DNA from: Spirochaetia bacterium
GTDB lineage: Bacteria; Spirochaetota; Spirochaetia; UBA9216
Reading direction: 5' to 3'
Assembly (NCBI GenBank): GCA_965140585.1
Contig: OZ223264.1
Coordinates: 1 to 64,000, forward strand
Length of the DNA: 64,000 nt
The notes under the pieces: generated by a model
Databases searched by the model: none
Told to the model about the DNA's origin: nothing
The model's input: the letters and a program-made list of their open reading frames with translations, nothing else
Made by a program: the position numbers and the translations under genes
In this document: positions 38,534 to 48,522 of the stretch, in pieces
Layout: every line of letters begins with the position of its first letter
Numbering within the stretch: position 1 is the stretch's first letter

Positions 38534-39715
38534 ATGAAAAATATCATTTTATATAATGCTACGATTTTTACCGGTTTTACAGAGATTGAAAGAGGCGCAG
38601 TTGTGCTTGAAGACGGCCGTATTACCGATGTTTTCAGCGGAAAACGGTTTGAACAAAAATCGTTCGGCAGCGACTTTGAGCTGTGGGATCTGCAGGGAGC
38701 TTATCTTGTTCCCGGACTGATCGATACCCATATTCACGGTCTTCACGGATACGGTACGGATGATCTGTCCACCGAATCCATACTCGGAATGAGCAGTGCG
38801 ATGGCTGAATACGGTGTAACCGCCTTCTGTCCGACCCTGTATCCGCAGAATGATGAAAACTTCATGAAATCAATTGAGGCTACCGCGGCAGCAATAGGCA
38901 AAGAGGATGGCGCCAGAATTCTGGGGCTGCACCTTGAGGGGCCGTTTATAAACCCTGAAAAGAAGGGTTCGCTTCTTGAAGAAGGAATCAGGGCAGTAAG
39001 CCTTGATTTAATGGATAAATACTATACCGCGGCCGGCGGTCGAATAACAAATATGACAGTTGCTCCTGAACTGAAGAACATGCGTGAGTTGGCCCTGTAC
39101 TGTAATAAAAAGGGAATAACTCTTCAGGCCGGACACTCCAACGCCAGTTACGACCAGATGAGGGAGGGGATGGAGGCAGGCATTACCCATTCCACCCACT
39201 TCTTTAATGCGATGAGAAGTATACATCATCGTGATCCGGGAATTGTAGGAGCCATCCTGATTCATCCCGAGCTGACCTGCGAGCTTATTGCCGATGGAGA
39301 GCATGTGCATCCTGCAATAGTACAGATGCTGATAAAGGAGAAGGCTGCCGACAAGATCTGTCTGGTTACCGATGCAGTCAAACCGACCTGCGTAAGATCG
39401 GGAAAACTGATTGCAAACCGTGATGAGGTTTATCTGGGTGATGATCATGTCTTTCACCGGGTCGAGGATGATGTGATTGCAGGTTCCGCTCTGACCATGA
39501 ACAGGGCGGTAAAGAATATGGTCGGATTCGGCAGTACACCGCAGGAGGCTTTTCTTATGGCCAGTTATACACCGGCCTCCGTACTGGGACTGTCGAAAAA
39601 AATGGGAATGCTTCTGCCCGGGAGCAATGCGAATCTGGCTGTCTATGACAAGGAATATAACTGTCTTGCTACAATTGTAGACGGAGTGTTTAAAAAGAAT
39701 GAGATGCGCGGTTAA
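38534..39715 (+). CDS. nagA: N-acetylglucosamine-6-phosphate deacetylase
   Basis: PGLIDTHIHG, HLEGPF, GHS, THFFNAM, DGEHV, VTDA and IAGS motifs. Confidence 0.95.
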   Translation: MKNIILYNATIFTGFTEIERGAVVLEDGRITDVFSGKRFEQKSFGSDFELWDLQGAYLVPGLIDTHIHGLHGYGTDDLSTESILGMSSAMAEYGVTAFCPTLYPQNDENFMKSIEATAAAIGKEDGARILGLHLEGPFINPEKKGSLLEEGIRAVSLDLMDKYYTAAGGRITNMTVAPELKNMRELALYCNKKGITLQAGHSNASYDQMREGMEAGITHSTHFFNAMRSIHHRDPGIVGAILIHPELTCELIADGEHVHPAIVQMLIKEKAADKICLVTDAVKPTCVRSGKLIANRDEVYLGDDHVFHRVEDDVIAGSALTMNRAVKNMVGFGSTPQEAFLMASYTPASVLGLSKKMGMLLPGSNANLAVYDKEYNCLATIVDGVFKKNEMRG

Positions 39716-39725
39716 GGAGAAATAA

Positions 39726-40523
39726 TTGAGACTTATAATTCATCAGGACTATGAAGGTGTTAGCCGATGGTCAGCGGCTTATATTGCAAACAGGATAAAA
39801 GAGTTTAACCCTTCAACTGAAAAGCCCTTTGTATTAGGGCTCCCAACCGGATCGACACCGCTGGGGATTTACCGGGAGCTTATAAGACTTTACTCCGAGG
39901 GAAGCCTTAGTTTTAAGAATGTAGTCACTTTTAATATGGATGAATACGTCGGACTGGGACCGGAAGACGAACAGAGCTACCATCACTTTATGCAGAAGTC
40001 TCTTTTTTCTCATATTGATATACCCGAAGAGAATATAAATATCCTCGAGGGGCTGGCTTCTGATCCGGAAGCCGAATGCCGCAGGTATGAAGAGAAAATA
40101 AAATCCCTGGGCGGAATTAACCTCTTTCTTGGCGGTGTAGGCGCCGACGGTCACATTGCTTTCAACGAGCCCGGAAGCAGCCTGAGTTCGCGCACCCGCC
40201 TTAAGCGGCTGACCCATGATACAAAGGTGATGAACTCAAGATTTTTTAATGATGATATCAGTCTTGTCCCGGATATGGCATTAACAGTAGGTGTGGGAAC
40301 TATTATGGATGCCGATGAAGTCCTTCTGGCCGCAAGCGGTCTGAGCAAGGCCAGGGCTCTTGAGAAGGCCGTACAGCAGGGGGTAAACCACATGTGGACT
40401 GTGAGCTGTATGCAGCTTCATCCCAAGGCAATTATTGTCTGTGATGAGGACGCAACTGTAGAATTGAAGGTCGGAACTGTTAATTACTTCAAGGCGATAG
40501 AATCACAGCGATCTCCATCCTGA
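39726..40523 (+). CDS. nagB: Glucosamine-6-phosphate deaminase
   Basis: [16 protein letters not shown] and [11 protein letters not shown] motifs; TTG start with RBS aaggag. Confidence 0.96.
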   Translation: MRLIIHQDYEGVSRWSAAYIANRIKEFNPSTEKPFVLGLPTGSTPLGIYRELIRLYSEGSLSFKNVVTFNMDEYVGLGPEDEQSYHHFMQKSLFSHIDIPEENINILEGLASDPEAECRRYEEKIKSLGGINLFLGGVGADGHIAFNEPGSSLSSRTRLKRLTHDTKVMNSRFFNDDISLVPDMALTVGVGTIMDADEVLLAASGLSKARALEKAVQQGVNHMWTVSCMQLHPKAIIVCDEDATVELKVGTVNYFKAIESQRSPS

Positions 40524-41079
40524 GTTGATCAGAAATCATTTCTTTCAGTGTCTGATCTTCAGTATCCTTGATCCACCATATTGTATAGAGCATAAGAACT
40601 GCTACCAGTCTTTTTGACAGCATTTCAGGTGAGACCGAATCCGGAATGCTTTTGCTCTGCTGACCGCTTTTGATTATTTTTGTAAGCAGCGGTCTAATCG
40701 GCAGCAGATTTTCAATGATTGATTCACCGCTCTGAGGCACAATATCATTTTTTATCAGCTGGGCAACAATTGCCTTACCCTTTCTCTCATAGTAATCAAG
40801 TTGGAAAGACATCAGCTTCTCAAGCTGTTCTGCGGTCGAGTCAGTCTCTATTTCCCGATAGTAATTGGATAAATCCTCACCTTCAATCTTTAAAATCTCG
40901 TTAATAATATCATTAACCGAATGAAAATAATGATAAAAAGTTCCCTGAGCTACGTTCGAAACACTGCAGACTTCAACAAGAGTTGTATTCTCAATTCCTT
41001 TTTCCTTGATCAGGTTTATTGCTGAAGTAATTATCCTGTTTTTGGTTTTTGTGCCCTTGGGGGTCTTTCCTGCTTTCAT
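40489..41079 (-). CDS. TetR/AcrR family transcriptional regulator
   Basis: [12 protein letters not shown]...[13 protein letters not shown]; divergent from the AOR operon. Confidence 0.9.
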   Translation of the reverse strand: MKAGKTPKGTKTKNRIITSAINLIKEKGIENTTLVEVCSVSNVAQGTFYHYFHSVNDIINEILKIEGEDLSNYYREIETDSTAEQLEKLMSFQLDYYERKGKAIVAQLIKNDIVPQSGESIIENLLPIRPLLTKIIKSGQQSKSIPDSVSPEMLSKRLVAVLMLYTIWWIKDTEDQTLKEMISDQLRMEIAVILSP

Positions 41080-41125
41080 AAAAAAAAAGTAACAGAAGCG
41101 GACTCATCTTTCAAGGAGATAATAG

Positions 41126-41207
41126 AAAAAATCGGGAAATCCCGAAAATAATTGACATTTCATTACAGCAGGAGTAACATGAGAAAAAACCGAGAGTTCT
41201 CGAAAAA
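41126..41207 (+). promoter_or_regulatory. Sigma70 promoter of the DUF362-AOR operon flanked by two palindromic candidate TetR operators
   Basis: TTGACA(41152)-N17-TAACAT(41175); CGGGA-aa-TCCCG (41133-41144) and CGAGA-gt-TCTCG (41191-41202), both embedded in A tracts. Confidence 0.65.
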
Positions 41208-41210
41208 GGT

Positions 41211-42848
41211 GTGTTTATGAGCGGGGGAAATTATGTAATAGTCAGCAGAGCGCCGGATCTGGATTACAAAACCGATTATGTAGTCCTTCCAAAAAATTAT
41301 GGAAGCCGGCAGTATTATCAGAGGAAGGATGTAAGTGCAATAATTGATACTGTTGAATCAAATCTTAATGCGCTCAATGAAAAAACTGATTTTGTAAAAA
41401 AAATTCAGGGTCGAAGGGTTATTATCAAGCCGAATTTTGTCGGGGTCTTTCACAAGGTCGGACTGAAGGTTGACGATGTTCCTCAGTCTACAGATCCGCG
41501 GGTTATAGATGCGGTTGTAAAGTATATGAAAAAATATACTGATGATATTATTATAATAGAAGGTTCAGGTGCTCCTGTTTCACGTCTGATGGCTAAAATA
41601 AACGGAACAGACCGTATTGTTAAACGCTACAATATTGAGTTCCAGGCTGTCGAGGAGCTTCCTGTTGATAAATACCTTCTTCCGAAGGCACAGGTAATGA
41701 AGGAAGTATATATTCCCAGGACTTTCAGTGAGATTGTCAGAGGGGAAGCTTTCTACATTTCTCTACCCAAGATGAAAACAAATGCCTATACCGGAGTGAC
41801 CCTCGGGTTTAAAAACGCCATGGGCTGTCTTTCACCGCATATGCGGTATCGAAACCACAATTACAATATTGATAAGAAACTTGTGGATCTTCTCTGGCTT
41901 TTTAAACCGGACCTGACAATTATTGATGGAATTATTGGTGCCGAGGGGAATGTTCCCGGGCCGGTAGATCCGGTGGATGCCCGTCTGATAATTAGCGGTA
42001 CCAACAGCGTCGAAACCGACAGGGTTGCTACAAGGATAATGGGACATGACCCGTCAAAGATCAGACTGATGCAGGAGGCTGACAAACTCGGGTTTAACGA
42101 CCCTGACACTGTTGTTATCGGTGAGCCGGAACCCATTCCCTGGAGGCATGCCGATACAAGTCTTGTTTCAGGCAGGATTGCGGAAAAATTTCCTAATGTC
42201 AGGTTTCTTGTAGGAGCAACAAAGAATACCGCTCCTGAGATTGACAGTATCGATGTTGATATTGAAACTGTGAAGGCTATGGAACAGGCCTGTCCCGGAG
42301 GATGTCTGCCTTCGGTGATTTATAATATGGAGAATTTTCTCTATTACCGCAATCTCAATCCGGAAGATGTAAGGATGACTGTTGTAATCGGAGCCGGTGC
42401 CCTTGTCGACGGCCGCAGGTTCTATTTTGATAAAGACTGTAGGGCGTACTCCGATGAGGATATAAAAGCCCTGGAGGAGCCAGTAGTTGCTGTGGGTTCA
42501 TGTACAAGCCGTCTGAATGGATCTGCAGATTACCAGGTTGAAGGTTGTACCGCCAAGGTCTCAAGAGTTACAGAGGTATTCAATAAAGCAGCAGGCCTGC
42601 CTAATCCGATAACAAGAAGTCTGCTGTCAAATCCTTTAAACATCCCTGTGATTCTTAAGTCTCAGCGGAATCGTAAGAAACTGGCTCTGGCAGGGCATCC
42701 CATGGATGTTGAACTGTGTATTGAGGACAGGGTTTTTGAAGGACGGGCGATTACTGACGATGAAAAAAAGATGGATTATATCCGCTGTGAAATAGAGCCG
42801 CTTACAAAAGAACAGATTAAAAGGCAGTTAAGCTATATAAAACTATAG
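41211..42848 (+). CDS. DUF362 domain-containing Fe-S protein
   Basis: IIKPN, TDP, IEGS, LPKMKT...TLGFKN.MG and IIDGIIGAEG motifs; C-terminal ACPGGC..GSC..GC. Confidence 0.82.
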   Translation: MFMSGGNYVIVSRAPDLDYKTDYVVLPKNYGSRQYYQRKDVSAIIDTVESNLNALNEKTDFVKKIQGRRVIIKPNFVGVFHKVGLKVDDVPQSTDPRVIDAVVKYMKKYTDDIIIIEGSGAPVSRLMAKINGTDRIVKRYNIEFQAVEELPVDKYLLPKAQVMKEVYIPRTFSEIVRGEAFYISLPKMKTNAYTGVTLGFKNAMGCLSPHMRYRNHNYNIDKKLVDLLWLFKPDLTIIDGIIGAEGNVPGPVDPVDARLIISGTNSVETDRVATRIMGHDPSKIRLMQEADKLGFNDPDTVVIGEPEPIPWRHADTSLVSGRIAEKFPNVRFLVGATKNTAPEIDSIDVDIETVKAMEQACPGGCLPSVIYNMENFLYYRNLNPEDVRMTVVIGAGALVDGRRFYFDKDCRAYSDEDIKALEEPVVAVGSCTSRLNGSADYQVEGCTAKVSRVTEVFNKAAGLPNPITRSLLSNPLNIPVILKSQRNRKKLALAGHPMDVELCIEDRVFEGRAITDDEKKMDYIRCEIEPLTKEQIKRQLSYIKL

Positions 42849-42861
42849 AAGAGGGTGTATT

Positions 42862-43134
42862 ATGAATAATCAGTCAGTGAAATATGCATCGGTAATTCTT
42901 ATCTGGGCGGCAGCGCTGCTTCTGTGGATTATCAAAGGGTGGTGGTTTATAACTGCGGCTCTGTTTCTGCTGCATTTTTTTGAAACAGTGTTTACAGGAA
43001 TCAGGACAGGAAAAGAACATGGTCTGAGTCGGGGGTATTCGATTATTATGTCAATGGCCTTCGGTATTGTCTGGTGGAAACCTCTAAATGATGAGTATAA
43101 AAAGAAAAACATTCCGGAGGACTGCGAAGAGTGA
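42862..43134 (+). CDS. Small membrane protein
   Basis: Three hydrophobic segments, LHFFE and FG..WW; overlaps the AOR start. Confidence 0.7.
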   Translation: MNNQSVKYASVILIWAAALLLWIIKGWWFITAALFLLHFFETVFTGIRTGKEHGLSRGYSIIMSMAFGIVWWKPLNDEYKKKNIPEDCEE

Positions 43135-45131
43135 AAGGTTATATAGGAAAAATTCTGGTTGCTGATCTCGGATCAGGTAAATGTGAAATTGAAGCTGTTC
43201 CCGAGAAGGTATATGAAGAGGTTCTCTCGGGAGTAGGCCTTGGTGCCTGGTACCTCTGCAGGAATATTCCGGCCGGTGCAGATCCGCTTGGTCCGCTAAA
43301 TATTCTAGGATTTACATCCGGTCTTCTTACGGGAACAGGCTCTGTCATGACCGGCAGGTGGATGGCAGTCTGCAAATCACCGCTTACCGGTGGATGGGGA
43401 GATTCCAATTGCGGCGGAAATCTGGCACCGGCAATCAAGCAGTGCGGTGTTGATGCAATATTTATCAAGGGGCAGGCGGCCGAACCCGTTTACCTGTATA
43501 TGGATAACCGGGGAGCGGAGATCCGCCCGGCTGCAGACTTTTGGGGGCTTGATGCAATCGAAGCCGAAGAGCGGCTGATAAAGGAAAACTGGAAAAAGAA
43601 GAAGCCGGCTGCTGCCGTAATCGGACCATCTGCTGAAAAGCTGTCGCTGATATCCGGCATATCCAATGACCTTGGTCGGTATGCCGCGCGTTCGGGCGTC
43701 GGTGCTGTAATGGGTTCAAAGAAACTTAAGGCGGTGGTTCTTGCCGGAACCAAGCAGGTTAAGGCAGATAATCCGGAAAAGATTAAGGAACTGAGTAAGG
43801 AGTATTCCCGGAAGGTAAGAAAGATGAACGCGCCCAGCGTATTCACCGGTGCCCTGCTTCCTGTGCTTGGAAAGGTAATGGGCAGCCTGAAAAGTGTTGC
43901 GCCTCTGGATGGAATGCTAACCGCAATGCTTCTTAGAAAATGGGGTACGGTGATGAACAATACACTGGCCGTCATGAATGGTGATGCCCCGATTAAGAAC
44001 TGGTCCGGTTCGGAAAAAGATTATAATTTTAAATACTACAGACAGATCAATCCCGATAAGTTCATTGCCCGTGAGCAGACCAAATATCACTGCTATTCCT
44101 GCATAATCGGCTGCGGGGGAATGTGTTCAATAAAGGATATCAGGGACGGAAAATATTCCCATACCCATAAACCCGAGTATGAAACGGCAATGATGTTCGG
44201 CGGTCTTCTGATGAATAAGGACCGTGATGCAATCTTTTATGCAAACGAACTCTGCAACCGCTACGGTCTTGATACCATTTCAGCGGGAACTGTAATAGCA
44301 TTTGCAATTGAATGTTACGAGAACGGGATTCTCACGGATGAGGATACATACGGTCTGAAACTTAACTGGGGCAGCAGCGATGCCGTCATAAGTCTTCTTG
44401 AAAAAATTGCAAACCGCGAGCCGGGTCTTGGTGATATCCTTGCCGACGGTGTCAAAGCCGCAGCTGAAAAGATAGGTAAGGGTTCTGAAAAATATGCTGT
44501 TCATGCCGGCGGGCAGGAGCTTCCGGCACATGACCCGAAGATTGATCCGATGCTTGCCCAGACCTATGGAATAGATCCGACTCCGGGCCGGCATACTACC
44601 AGCAGCGGCTTGTACTATACTTCCTCATTTCTGTGGCAGTATGTTTCATGGCTTCCCTCATTCAGGCTGTATTCTAAAAGTAAGGAATACATCCCTTCTA
44701 TGGAAGAAACAATGAAAAATGTGGCTTATACATCGTTTAAGATGCTGATCGATGGAACCGGCAGCTGCTATTACGCTATGCTGATGGGTGTCAGGTATTT
44801 CAGAATTTTTGATTTCCTGAATGCTGCAACCGGATGGAACAAGACTCCCGATGAATATATGGAAATAGGAAAGCGGATGCAGAATCTGCGTCAGCTGTTT
44901 AATGCAATACATTCTGTGGATGTTAACAGCTTTAAGCCCCATGCAAGAGTTTACGGGGCGGAGCCTCTTGTAAGCGGACATAATAAAAATATTACGGTTG
45001 ATATTGACGGGATGATTGAACTGTATAAGGAAGCCTGGGGCTGGGATGCTGAAAGCGGATACCCCACTGAAGAAACCGTTAACAAATACGGACTTGAACA
45101 GCTGCTTGATAAGGAGGACCTGTATGCCTGA
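43131..45131 (+). CDS. aor: Aldehyde:ferredoxin oxidoreductase family (tungstopterin) enzyme
   Basis: KSPLTGGWGDSNCGG, ARSGVGAVMGSKKLKA, CYSCIIGC, PEYET, GLDTISAG and GQELPAHDP motifs. Confidence 0.92.
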   Translation: MKGYIGKILVADLGSGKCEIEAVPEKVYEEVLSGVGLGAWYLCRNIPAGADPLGPLNILGFTSGLLTGTGSVMTGRWMAVCKSPLTGGWGDSNCGGNLAPAIKQCGVDAIFIKGQAAEPVYLYMDNRGAEIRPAADFWGLDAIEAEERLIKENWKKKKPAAAVIGPSAEKLSLISGISNDLGRYAARSGVGAVMGSKKLKAVVLAGTKQVKADNPEKIKELSKEYSRKVRKMNAPSVFTGALLPVLGKVMGSLKSVAPLDGMLTAMLLRKWGTVMNNTLAVMNGDAPIKNWSGSEKDYNFKYYRQINPDKFIAREQTKYHCYSCIIGCGGMCSIKDIRDGKYSHTHKPEYETAMMFGGLLMNKDRDAIFYANELCNRYGLDTISAGTVIAFAIECYENGILTDEDTYGLKLNWGSSDAVISLLEKIANREPGLGDILADGVKAAAEKIGKGSEKYAVHAGGQELPAHDPKIDPMLAQTYGIDPTPGRHTTSSGLYYTSSFLWQYVSWLPSFRLYSKSKEYIPSMEETMKNVAYTSFKMLIDGTGSCYYAMLMGVRYFRIFDFLNAATGWNKTPDEYMEIGKRMQNLRQLFNAIHSVDVNSFKPHARVYGAEPLVSGHNKNITVDIDGMIELYKEAWGWDAESGYPTEETVNKYGLEQLLDKEDLYA

Positions 45132-45336
45132 CAAAAAAATCCCGGAAGTCGACTATAAACACTGCATGGCCTGCCGGGTCTGTATTATCGCCTGCCCATT
45201 CAGTTGCCTTGATGCGGTTAAAACCGATAATCCGGGAAAGAAGGGTTTTCCGGAACTTGTAAAAGCTGAAAGCTGTACAGGCTGCGGAATATGCGCGCAG
45301 GCCTGTCCTGTTGAAGTAATAAGGATGGTTTCCTGA
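45124..45336 (+). CDS. 2[4Fe-4S] ferredoxin
   Basis: CMACRVCIIACP and CTGCGICAQACP; RBS aggagg; ATG 45124 overlaps the end of AOR. Confidence 0.92.
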   Translation: MPDKKIPEVDYKHCMACRVCIIACPFSCLDAVKTDNPGKKGFPELVKAESCTGCGICAQACPVEVIRMVS

Positions 45337-45339
45337 GAA

Positions 45340-45573
45340 GTGAAGGTTAGAATTACTGCTCCGGCATTCTGCGACTACAGCCGGATTGATGATTCCGGCT
45401 GCATCGAACTGCCGGAAAAATCCCGGCTTAACAAGCTGTATTCAATGCTTAAAATCCCGCTTCCGGTAAGGCCTCTTTTAATAACCATGGTGAATTTCGA
45501 AAAAGCCCGTCCGACTAAAATTCTTTCCGATGGAGACGATGTCAGCATCCTCTGGTTTATGTCAGGCGGATGA
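45340..45573 (+). CDS. MoaD/ThiS family sulfur carrier
   Basis: Beta-grasp size, VN and LSDGDDV motifs, C-terminal GG. Confidence 0.85.
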   Translation: MKVRITAPAFCDYSRIDDSGCIELPEKSRLNKLYSMLKIPLPVRPLLITMVNFEKARPTKILSDGDDVSILWFMSGG

Positions 45574-45676
45574 TCGTCTCTGCATTGACTCTTTTGCGGT
45601 ATTAATTCATTCTTAAACAAGAATAAAAAGTATAAGAGGCTGAATCGGTTCAGCTTCGCGTAAAGGAGTCTCTTCA

Positions 45677-45919
45677 ATGGCAAAAATAATCGAGTTTAAA
45701 AAACCTGAGCAGGAAAAGGGTAAATCATGTTCCTGGTGCAAGAACCGGGGAACTCATCCGCTTGACCCTCCTTGTGATAGATGCAGATGGTATGATCGTG
45801 ATGAAGTCTTTGATCTTGAAGTTGCCGGTGAAGGCGTTGTTAAAGTCAGAAAAGAGGTAGACCCCGAGACCTTCGAAATACGCTTCATCCCCGCGGAAGA
45901 AACTGATATAGATATCTGA
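45677..45919 (+). CDS. Small Cys-rich hypothetical protein (CxxC-x11-CxxC)
   Basis: Strong RBS taaaggag; CSWC...CDRC. Confidence 0.65.
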   Translation: MAKIIEFKKPEQEKGKSCSWCKNRGTHPLDPPCDRCRWYDRDEVFDLEVAGEGVVKVRKEVDPETFEIRFIPAEETDIDI

Positions 45920-46011
45920 GCTTCCTGCAAAACTTTCATAGTTTTGAAATTGTCTTATCTGATCAAACTCTCCGGTTGACTGTCGGATCGTCGGACGGGT
46001 ATACTTACAGA

Positions 46012-46641
46012 ATGATAGACATTTTTCTGAAAGGCGGCGTACTGATGTGGCCGCTTCTTGTAATTTCAGTTATAGCTCTTGCTGTAATTCTTGAGCGTGA
46101 ATATTTCTTTTTTAAAAACCGGGTCAGTGAATCCCAGCTTAACTCTTTAAAGGAGCTTCTTCTTGATGGAAGGGCTGATGAGGCAGAAACACAGACCGGG
46201 CGTTCCGGCCGTGTGCTTCTTGTTTTTCTTAACTCAGTAATTTCAAACCGTAGAAATTCCGTTGAGATTGCCGAAAGGGAAATTTCACTCTCCGGAGAAA
46301 AGATGCTTTTTCAGGCTTCAAGCTTTATTCATGTGCTTGAGCTTATCGGCAGTATTTCTCCCATGATTGGACTTTCAGGTACTGTTGTGGGAATGGTCAG
46401 GGCCTTCCAGCAGATCGGTTTGAATACAGGGTCCCAGATTGACCCATCGCTTCTTGCCGACGGAATATGGGTAGCCATGATAACAACTGTGGCAGGACTA
46501 TTTGTGGCAATTCCCAGTTTCATCTTTGCCCATATAAATAACAGGCGCCTTAGAAAGCTTGAGTTCAATATGAAAATTTATGGAGAAGAGTTTCATTCGA
46601 TTTTGCGTGCAGATGAAAAAAAGGCTGTATTGAATGATTGA
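46012..46641 (+). CDS. exbB: MotA/TolQ/ExbB proton channel protein
   Basis: GGVLMWPL, SPMIGLSGTV.GM and GI..AM.TTVAGL.VAIP motifs; ATG 46012. Confidence 0.9.
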   Translation: MIDIFLKGGVLMWPLLVISVIALAVILEREYFFFKNRVSESQLNSLKELLLDGRADEAETQTGRSGRVLLVFLNSVISNRRNSVEIAEREISLSGEKMLFQASSFIHVLELIGSISPMIGLSGTVVGMVRAFQQIGLNTGSQIDPSLLADGIWVAMITTVAGLFVAIPSFIFAHINNRRLRKLEFNMKIYGEEFHSILRADEKKAVLND

Positions 46642-47050
46642 ATTCAGAGAATTTGATGAATCGTGGAAGTCCCGTACAAGGTTTGAGATGACCCCGATGA
46701 TCGATATGATCTTTCTTCTGCTGATATTTTTTCTCCTGACATCAACTCTCACCAATCCGGTCATTACTGTTGAACTTCCTGAATCTGAAATTGTCGATAC
46801 CAGAATAGAGCAGGATGTTGTGGTTACAGTTGACAGTGAAGGCAGGCTTTTTCTGGATGAGCAGGAGTACAGTAAAGCAGCGCTTGCCGCTGAAATCAAT
46901 TCAATATATCTTGGCCGTGACTCATCGGATATTTTTATCCAGGCTGATGAAAATGTTGACTTTGGAATTATTGTTGAGGTAATGGACATCTGCAGAAAGA
47001 ACGGAGCCTTCGATCTTTCTTTCATTGTAGAAGGAAAGGCTTCTCCCTGA
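46634..47050 (+). CDS. exbD: ExbD/TolR biopolymer transport protein
   Basis: MTPMIDMIFLLLIFF; IQADENV. Confidence 0.92.
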   Translation: MIEFREFDESWKSRTRFEMTPMIDMIFLLLIFFLLTSTLTNPVITVELPESEIVDTRIEQDVVVTVDSEGRLFLDEQEYSKAALAAEINSIYLGRDSSDIFIQADENVDFGIIVEVMDICRKNGAFDLSFIVEGKASP

Positions 47051-47054
47051 AGAA

Positions 47055-47780
47055 ATGAAATCTTCCAGAATTATTCTATTATTTGCTGCAGTCTCAATTG
47101 TAATACACGGACTGGTTTTTCTTGTTAAGATTAGTCCGTCGGAAAGATCTCCAGTGCCGGACTCCGGACATCTGATCCCGGTTGAACTTGCATTTGTTCC
47201 GAAGCAGGCATTGCCTGTACAGGCAGCGCCTCCGGTGACACAAGCTGAGGAACCTCCGGCTGAACCGCCGTCAGCTTCAGAGAAACCAGTGCCTAAAGAG
47301 CCGGTCCGGGAAACTCCGCAACCGGAGCCGGTTAAACAGGAGTCTCAGGAAATGGACCGGGATACGGCTCCGCATCCGGAACAGGAGACGCAGGAATCTT
47401 CCTCTCAACAGCAGGACAGTAGTGATGTTTCTCAGAATTCTGATTCCACTGAAACCCGGGACTCTGCGACTGTCTCAGTCGCTGCGCCGGTGACTCAGGC
47501 AAACCCTGTTGACGGTCTTATGCAGCGTGTTGAAATAAATAAAAGAGGCAGCTATCCTCTTCGTGCAAGGAAGCGGGGCCAGCAGGGGACTGTTATAGTC
47601 TCGCTGATTCTGGATAAGGATGGAAATATGCTCAATGTTGAGATTATCAGAAAATCCAGACACTCTGCACTTAACACTGCGGCGCTTGAGCTGGTTGAAA
47701 AGATTATGGAAACACCTTATCCGCATGGTCTAGATAAAACGGTGAATTTTGAGTTTCCTATTACATTCAGACTTGATTAG
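47055..47780 (+). CDS. tonB: TonB family energy transducer
   Basis: TM with S...H motif, Pro/Glu-rich linker, YP..ARKRGQQGTV and PITFRL. Confidence 0.88.
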   Translation: MKSSRIILLFAAVSIVIHGLVFLVKISPSERSPVPDSGHLIPVELAFVPKQALPVQAAPPVTQAEEPPAEPPSASEKPVPKEPVRETPQPEPVKQESQEMDRDTAPHPEQETQESSSQQQDSSDVSQNSDSTETRDSATVSVAAPVTQANPVDGLMQRVEINKRGSYPLRARKRGQQGTVIVSLILDKDGNMLNVEIIRKSRHSALNTAALELVEKIMETPYPHGLDKTVNFEFPITFRLD

Positions 47781-48522
47781 TATAAAGGGGAAATTTGATA
47801 TTGAAGGATGTTCCTGAATTGCCCGAATGATCTATTTCTCCACTCAGGCTGGTAACTGTTTCACGAATAATTTTCATCCCCAGACTTGAGCCGGTCTCAA
47901 TATTAAAATCTTCGTTTAAAACTATTCCTGTGTCGAAATCCTGAAAAACTGTAGGGCTGTATCCGTGTTCTGATGCTGTTTTCAGTAGTTTCTCAAGATA
48001 TGCTTCTGTAGTTTTTACCTGTCCGTCGACTACATAGATATTCTCTGTCTTCGGTTTCTGTTTCAAAGCCATTGCAAATGTATTATTAACAGAAGACAGA
48101 TCATTATTGGGAAGCAGAATTATATCCTCACCCATCGCGATAGTTTCGCCCGGGTCGATAAGTATTTTTGGAATCCCTGGGAAGTAGTTGCTTATTTTCT
48201 GAAAAATCTCAGTTGCAGGATCAGCATCGATCATAATTGCGTCTATTTTTGCATTCTTGTATTTGATACTCAGATACCAGTCCCGTTCGTCTATAGTAAG
48301 GCTGCTGGACAGTCTCATATCGTCCAGGTATTCATTATACAGAATAACGGGTTTACCGTACTCGGATATCATTTCACTGATACCATTCTGGACGGCGGTA
48401 CTCCATGGAAGTTCTGCTGCATATGATGATAAAAAAAGTAACTTTAAATTGTTCTCCGATGCAGAAACCGGTTGAAAAACTAGGATGCTCAAAATAAATG
48501 CAAGTAAGAATTTCCTGGGCAT
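47767..48522 (-). pseudogene. Internally deleted sensor kinase (periplasmic ABC-binding-like domain fused in frame to the HATPase tail)
   Basis: Signal peptide plus LFLSSY...W...EYLD sensor domain joins directly to D.GI.L.EDF......SLGM.I...L.G.I...GT.F.I.FP; TM2, HisKA and N-box are missing. Confidence 0.6.

Noticed and set aside
47200-47500. Low-complexity Pro/Glu/Ser/Gln repeats
   Set aside because: Normal TonB periplasmic linker
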